From: an uncultured virus (IMG/VR IMGVR_UViG_3300020047_006293)
Taxonomy: Duplodnaviria > Heunggongvirae > Uroviricota > Caudoviricetes
DNA: 20,000 nt
Virus record (IMG/VR): IMGVR_UViG_3300020047_006293
Strand: one strand, 5' to 3'
The notes beneath the pieces were generated by a model. That model was given only the letters and a program-made list of their open reading frames with translations. It was not told the origin of the DNA and made no database searches. The translations under genes and the position numbers were made by a program. Below are positions 16,694-20,000 of the stretch, piece after piece (positions within the stretch are counted from its first letter, which is position 1; every line of letters begins with the position of its first letter).

Positions 16694-17971
16694 ATGGCCG
16701 CAGATACAAATGACTACTTCAAGAAGGTTGGACCAGCAACCGTTACAACGCTTTCAGCACCTGGAAAAGCGCTTGCCGCAACGAGTATAACAGTCGGTTC
16801 GACTACGAACTTTCCTACCGACACAGGCATCATAATTGCCATACGTGTCGTCGGAACAGATGGTGAATTAGTCGCTGGAACCTATACAGAATGGTCAGCA
16901 ACGGTAACCTCATCTACAAGCCTCTCAATTGTAGCTACTCCTGTATACGGAAGCGACCAAGTATACCCAGCTGGTTCTACTACTCAGGTATACATCCCAA
17001 CTTCTTCGTACGCCCAGAATAAGCTTATAGATGGTCTCCTCGTCCACACTAACCAAGACGGAACCCTAAAAACTGGCGCAGTAGATAACGCAGCAGTTCT
17101 CGCAAGTGACGTGGTAGAGACGGCAAAGATTAAAGACTCTAACGTCACTGAAGCAAAACTAACCCATCGTCCATCTGAATACATTTTTGACCACGTAGCC
17201 TCTGGCTGTGTGTGGTCTGGAGATTCATATGGTTCTACACGCGCCGCTTCTATGACATCTGGTGTTGTGTATATAAGTGGTCTCCGAATCACAGTAGCCT
17301 CAGTCACCGCCCGATCGTTCACCGCTTCAAAAGACACTTACATCGACGTAGATAACACGGGAACACTTGTATACACAGAAGTCACTAACAATGCTGCATC
17401 TCCCGCTCTCGCCGCAAACTCTATCCGACTTGGGATTATCGTTACCGGAGCCTCAAACATCGCAAACGTTGGCTCAGTAAACCAGGGACAATTTGATAAA
17501 GTACTTCCAATTGCTTCATCTATTGCATACTCAGTTACCGATTCACTCGGAAACCTAATCTGTCCACGTGACCCACAACGAAAGATTCTTGGGTATAGGC
17601 AGATAGTTACTAACTTCACGACAACAAACAATACACCGACCGACATTACTGGGTTAAATTTCAACTGCAAACCTCCTACTGGTAGGAAGGTAAAAGTGAC
17701 TGGGTATATCGGCAGTGGGTCATCTTCAGCCATAAACAATGCCGTTCTCATGCAGCTATACGATGTAACGGCTGGTGCTCAACTTACGCAGGCTTCAGGC
17801 TCTACTAACGCTTCCGGTGATATTGCACAAGTAAATCCATCTGCACTTACTACTCCTTCTTCCGCGACTCAGAACTACAAGGCGCAAATGCAAAGGGGTA
17901 CTAATGCTGCAACAGCTAATAGTAACGGTTCATCTACCAACCCTAACTACATAATTGCAGAGCTTGTATAG
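16694..17971 (+). CDS. Tail fibre/receptor-binding protein
   Basis: 425 aa, Thr/Ser-rich; VETAKIKDSNVTEAKL fibre repeat; modular C-terminal beta domain; position between nozzle and lysis genes. Confidence 0.7.
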   Translation: MAADTNDYFKKVGPATVTTLSAPGKALAATSITVGSTTNFPTDTGIIIAIRVVGTDGELVAGTYTEWSATVTSSTSLSIVATPVYGSDQVYPAGSTTQVYIPTSSYAQNKLIDGLLVHTNQDGTLKTGAVDNAAVLASDVVETAKIKDSNVTEAKLTHRPSEYIFDHVASGCVWSGDSYGSTRAASMTSGVVYISGLRITVASVTARSFTASKDTYIDVDNTGTLVYTEVTNNAASPALAANSIRLGIIVTGASNIANVGSVNQGQFDKVLPIASSIAYSVTDSLGNLICPRDPQRKILGYRQIVTNFTTTNNTPTDITGLNFNCKPPTGRKVKVTGYIGSGSSSAINNAVLMQLYDVTAGAQLTQASGSTNASGDIAQVNPSALTTPSSATQNYKAQMQRGTNAATANSNGSSTNPNYIIAELV

Positions 17972-17980
17972 GAAACAAAC

Positions 17981-18187
17981 ATGACACGACCAGAAGGAGA
18001 AAGGTTAGCACGAATGGAGCAACGACAGGACGACATGGCGAGTGACATTGCTGACATCAAACAAATGCTGAAAGACCGAGAGAACAAATATATTACTCGT
18101 GCAGAAGCCGCCGTCGTTGGAATTGTGCTTACTGTACTCGCCACTGGTATCTCAATTTGGGTGAACATCAAAGACCACATTAAGTAG
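17981..18187 (+). CDS. Holin-like/XhlA-like protein (coiled coil plus single C-terminal TM)
   Basis: 68 aa; ERLARMEQRQDDMASDIADIKQML coiled coil, then AAVVGIVLTVLATGISIW TM; upstream of the endolysin. Confidence 0.6.
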   Translation: MTRPEGERLARMEQRQDDMASDIADIKQMLKDRENKYITRAEAAVVGIVLTVLATGISIWVNIKDHIK

Positions 18188-18195
18188 GAGGATCT

Positions 18196-18972
18196 ATGAC
18201 ACTAGGCGAATTTCAAACCTGGTCGCTCTCACAAGGCTCAGTCGCTAAGTACAATGATGGCCAGTATAAAGGCGAGTGTGTCAGCCTCATCAACCAATAC
18301 TGCTACCGAGTCCTCAACGTTCCAGCTGGAGCATGGGGAAATGCCGCAGATTGGGGAAGTAGCAATAATACTTCTGTAACTACCTACTTTAATAGGGTTA
18401 GTTCCATTCAGACAGGAGACATCCTCGTATACACGAACTTAGCAGTTCCGTACGGGCACATCGAGATCGCTCTCGGCAATGGTCAAGCTCTCGGTCAGAA
18501 CCGAAACCTAGATGGACGAGTGAGGGTATCAAATGTATTAGCGGGGTACTCAGTAATTTTAAGACCTAAAACATCACCTATAGGAGGTACAGCAGTGGAC
18601 ACTATCAAGTCAATGTACTGGCGTCTTCTCGGACGCGAAGCAGATCAAAGTGGAATCAACACCTACGTCAAAGCAGCGGGCGAAAGAGGCTGGGAGTTCG
18701 TCTATAACGACCTAAAGAACTCACCAGAAGGTCAAGCTGACTGGGACAGGCGTAACCCTACCCGAGTCGCAGCGCTCGAACAGCAGCTTGCAGACGTTAA
18801 AGCAGCCCTCGTGACCGCCCAGAATAAGCCACCAGTCGAAGTCATCAAAGTCGTAGAGAAGATCGTTGAAAAACCAGTTGGAGGAATTGACGAGGCTACT
18901 AAAGCAACCATTAACGAAACTAACGCCGTAGTGAAGTGGATTCAGTCACTACTGAGCAAAATATTTAAATAA
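18196..18972 (+). CDS. Endolysin: CHAP domain plus C-terminal helical (DUF4214-like) and coiled-coil region
   Basis: GECVSLINQY (Cys), WGNAADW, GDILVY, YGHIEIA (His) CHAP motifs; IKSMYWRLLGREADQSGINTY C-terminal module; AGGAGG RBS. Confidence 0.85.
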   Translation: MTLGEFQTWSLSQGSVAKYNDGQYKGECVSLINQYCYRVLNVPAGAWGNAADWGSSNNTSVTTYFNRVSSIQTGDILVYTNLAVPYGHIEIALGNGQALGQNRNLDGRVRVSNVLAGYSVILRPKTSPIGGTAVDTIKSMYWRLLGREADQSGINTYVKAAGERGWEFVYNDLKNSPEGQADWDRRNPTRVAALEQQLADVKAALVTAQNKPPVEVIKVVEKIVEKPVGGIDEATKATINETNAVVKWIQSLLSKIFK

Positions 18973-18981
18973 GGAGCAATC

Positions 18982-19014
18982 ATGGGACGTTGCAAAAAAG
19001 GTGGAAAAAAGTAA
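18982..19014 (+). CDS. 10-aa basic micro-ORF MGRCKKGGKK coupled to the holin
   Basis: AAGGAG (18971-18976) before ATG 18982; TAATG overlap with the holin start. Confidence 0.55.
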   Translation: MGRCKKGGKK

Positions 19015-19253
19015 TGAACGATCTAGTAATTTCAACTATCAGAACCTTCGTACCAGCCTTCGTAGGGGCTGTAGCAGCTATTCTAGCAGGGTGGGGTATA
19101 CAACTGGACGATGTAGCCCTCCAAGGTTTCCAGGCCTTCGTATTTGGCTTCACAAGTGCCGCTTACTATCTACTTGTTCGTATGGCTGCACAAAAGTACC
19201 CAAAACTAGAATGGTTGCTCGGTTCGCCTAAAGCACCAACTTACAAAGGTTAG
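19014..19253 (+). CDS. Putative two-TM holin
   Basis: ISTIRTFVPAFVGAVAAILAGWGI...AAYYLLVRMAAQKYPKLEWLLG holin-like pattern; ATG 19014 preferred over TTG 18990. Confidence 0.75.
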   Translation: MNDLVISTIRTFVPAFVGAVAAILAGWGIQLDDVALQGFQAFVFGFTSAAYYLLVRMAAQKYPKLEWLLGSPKAPTYKG

Positions 19254-19255
19254 TC

Positions 19256-19402
19256 ATGGAAATGCGGGATGAACACGAACGATTCGTCGAAGGTGTCATC
19301 CCGCATGACATCGACCCTGAATCAATCGCTACTCTCATAGCCTTTCAAAAAGCTATAGAAGACAACAAGCGAGCAGAAACTTTACCGGACATCTGGGACT
19401 GA
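19256..19402 (+). CDS. Small hypothetical protein (48 aa, MEMRDEHERF...TLPDIWD), not in ORF track
   Basis: Fills the gap between the holin and the next ORF with 2-nt spacers on both sides. Confidence 0.6.
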   Translation: MEMRDEHERFVEGVIPHDIDPESIATLIAFQKAIEDNKRAETLPDIWD

Positions 19403-19404
19403 CT

Positions 19405-19677
19405 ATGCGTGGTGAATGTCCCAACCCTAAGCCAGACTGCAAATACGCAGACAAGGGCGGGTGCTTTAGCGACGTTCATCATCAGTACTACCCCAGACGT
19501 GCATACGTCAGAAGCGAGGAAAAGGAGTTTAGAGAACTACCTGACCACAAAGAAGTACTCTGTCGAGCAGAACACGACGAACTTCACGCTACTGAGTTTC
19601 CACCACCTAAACCATCAAGAGAAGTAATGCTCGGTGCTATCTCAACATACTGGGCTAACAATAGGAGAGTTTCATGA
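19405..19677 (+). CDS. Small HNH-like Zn/His nuclease-fold protein
   Basis: C..(PKPD)C...C.SDVHH...LCRAEHDELH pattern. Confidence 0.55.
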   Translation: MRGECPNPKPDCKYADKGGCFSDVHHQYYPRRAYVRSEEKEFRELPDHKEVLCRAEHDELHATEFPPPKPSREVMLGAISTYWANNRRVS

Positions 19678-19931
19678 GTGAATTTGCACCACAAGGGGGC
19701 GAACGTTTCCCTAACTTATTTGCAGATAGCAAAAGAGTCGCCGAACTCTCAGAGTGGACGACTCCCATGCTTGAAGAACGAGCCACGCAGTACGTCGCGT
19801 TCTTACAAAGCGATAATCTCATGCCTCGCGCCCGAGAGCAAGCTACCAGGTTTCTTGACCATGTGATGTTTGAACTTTCATACAAAGCCTCTCGCCCATA
19901 TGCGAACACTCCTCGTCATTACTGCCGCTAA
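19674..19931 (+). CDS. Hypothetical protein
   Basis: 85 aa; AGGAG RBS; ATGA overlap with the previous gene. Confidence 0.65.
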   Translation: MSEFAPQGGERFPNLFADSKRVAELSEWTTPMLEERATQYVAFLQSDNLMPRAREQATRFLDHVMFELSYKASRPYANTPRHYCR

Positions 19932-20000
19932 TGAATCTGTAGGATTTTGGAGTGTACGAACCTTGCTTGCTATCTACCTACTAACTAGCAACTAGGGGGA

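Larger units (their letters stand above)
1..20000 (+). mobile_element. Phage/prophage structural and lysis module (podovirus-like; no tape measure or sheath genes seen)
   Basis: Co-oriented, tightly packed genes (many TAATG overlaps) in the order scaffold, capsid, decoration, internal proteins, adaptor, nozzle, fibre, holin, endolysin; no host housekeeping genes. Confidence 0.93.

Noticed and set aside
17590..17971. Diversity-generating retroelement target in the tail fibre tip
   Set aside because: No template repeat or reverse transcriptase in the window
19991..20000. ACTAGGGGGA repeated at 9601-9610 (similar at 6488 and 7355)
   Set aside because: Short, explainable as TAG plus a purine-rich SD or chance; the window end prevents assessment
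1..20000. Alternative genetic code (stop codon reassignment)
   Set aside because: TAA, TAG and TGA all terminate genes at sensible boundaries and coding density is already high

Overview
The whole window is the late (virion morphogenesis and lysis) region of a tailed dsDNA phage or prophage with podovirus-like organisation, almost entirely on the + strand. In order it carries an acidic scaffold (5'-truncated), the major capsid protein, a block of head-decoration/fibre-like genes interrupted by a free-standing HNH homing endonuclease, a self-promoted moron (two-TM protein plus CAP/SCP protein) bracketed by 16-bp inverted repeats, putative ejection/internal virion proteins (including a 1363-aa protein), a head-tail adaptor, a nozzle/stabilisation protein, a tail fibre, holin-like genes, a CHAP endolysin and a small HNH-like protein. 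Product calls come from motifs and synteny only; no database search was run. Five things stand out beyond the ORF track. (1) A 59-aa two-TM membrane protein is encoded antisense, fully nested in the low-complexity linker of the 1363-aa gene, with its own promoter-like elements. (2) A TGCCYCGTCG loop motif occurs three times in a promoter-to-terminator small RNA and once in a switch-like leader of the tail fibre gene. (3) A long-range complement could open the hairpin that hides the ribosome-binding site of the first ejection gene. (4) The endolysin has an internal translation start. (5) A basic micro-ORF with an A_AAA_AAG slippery site precedes the holin.
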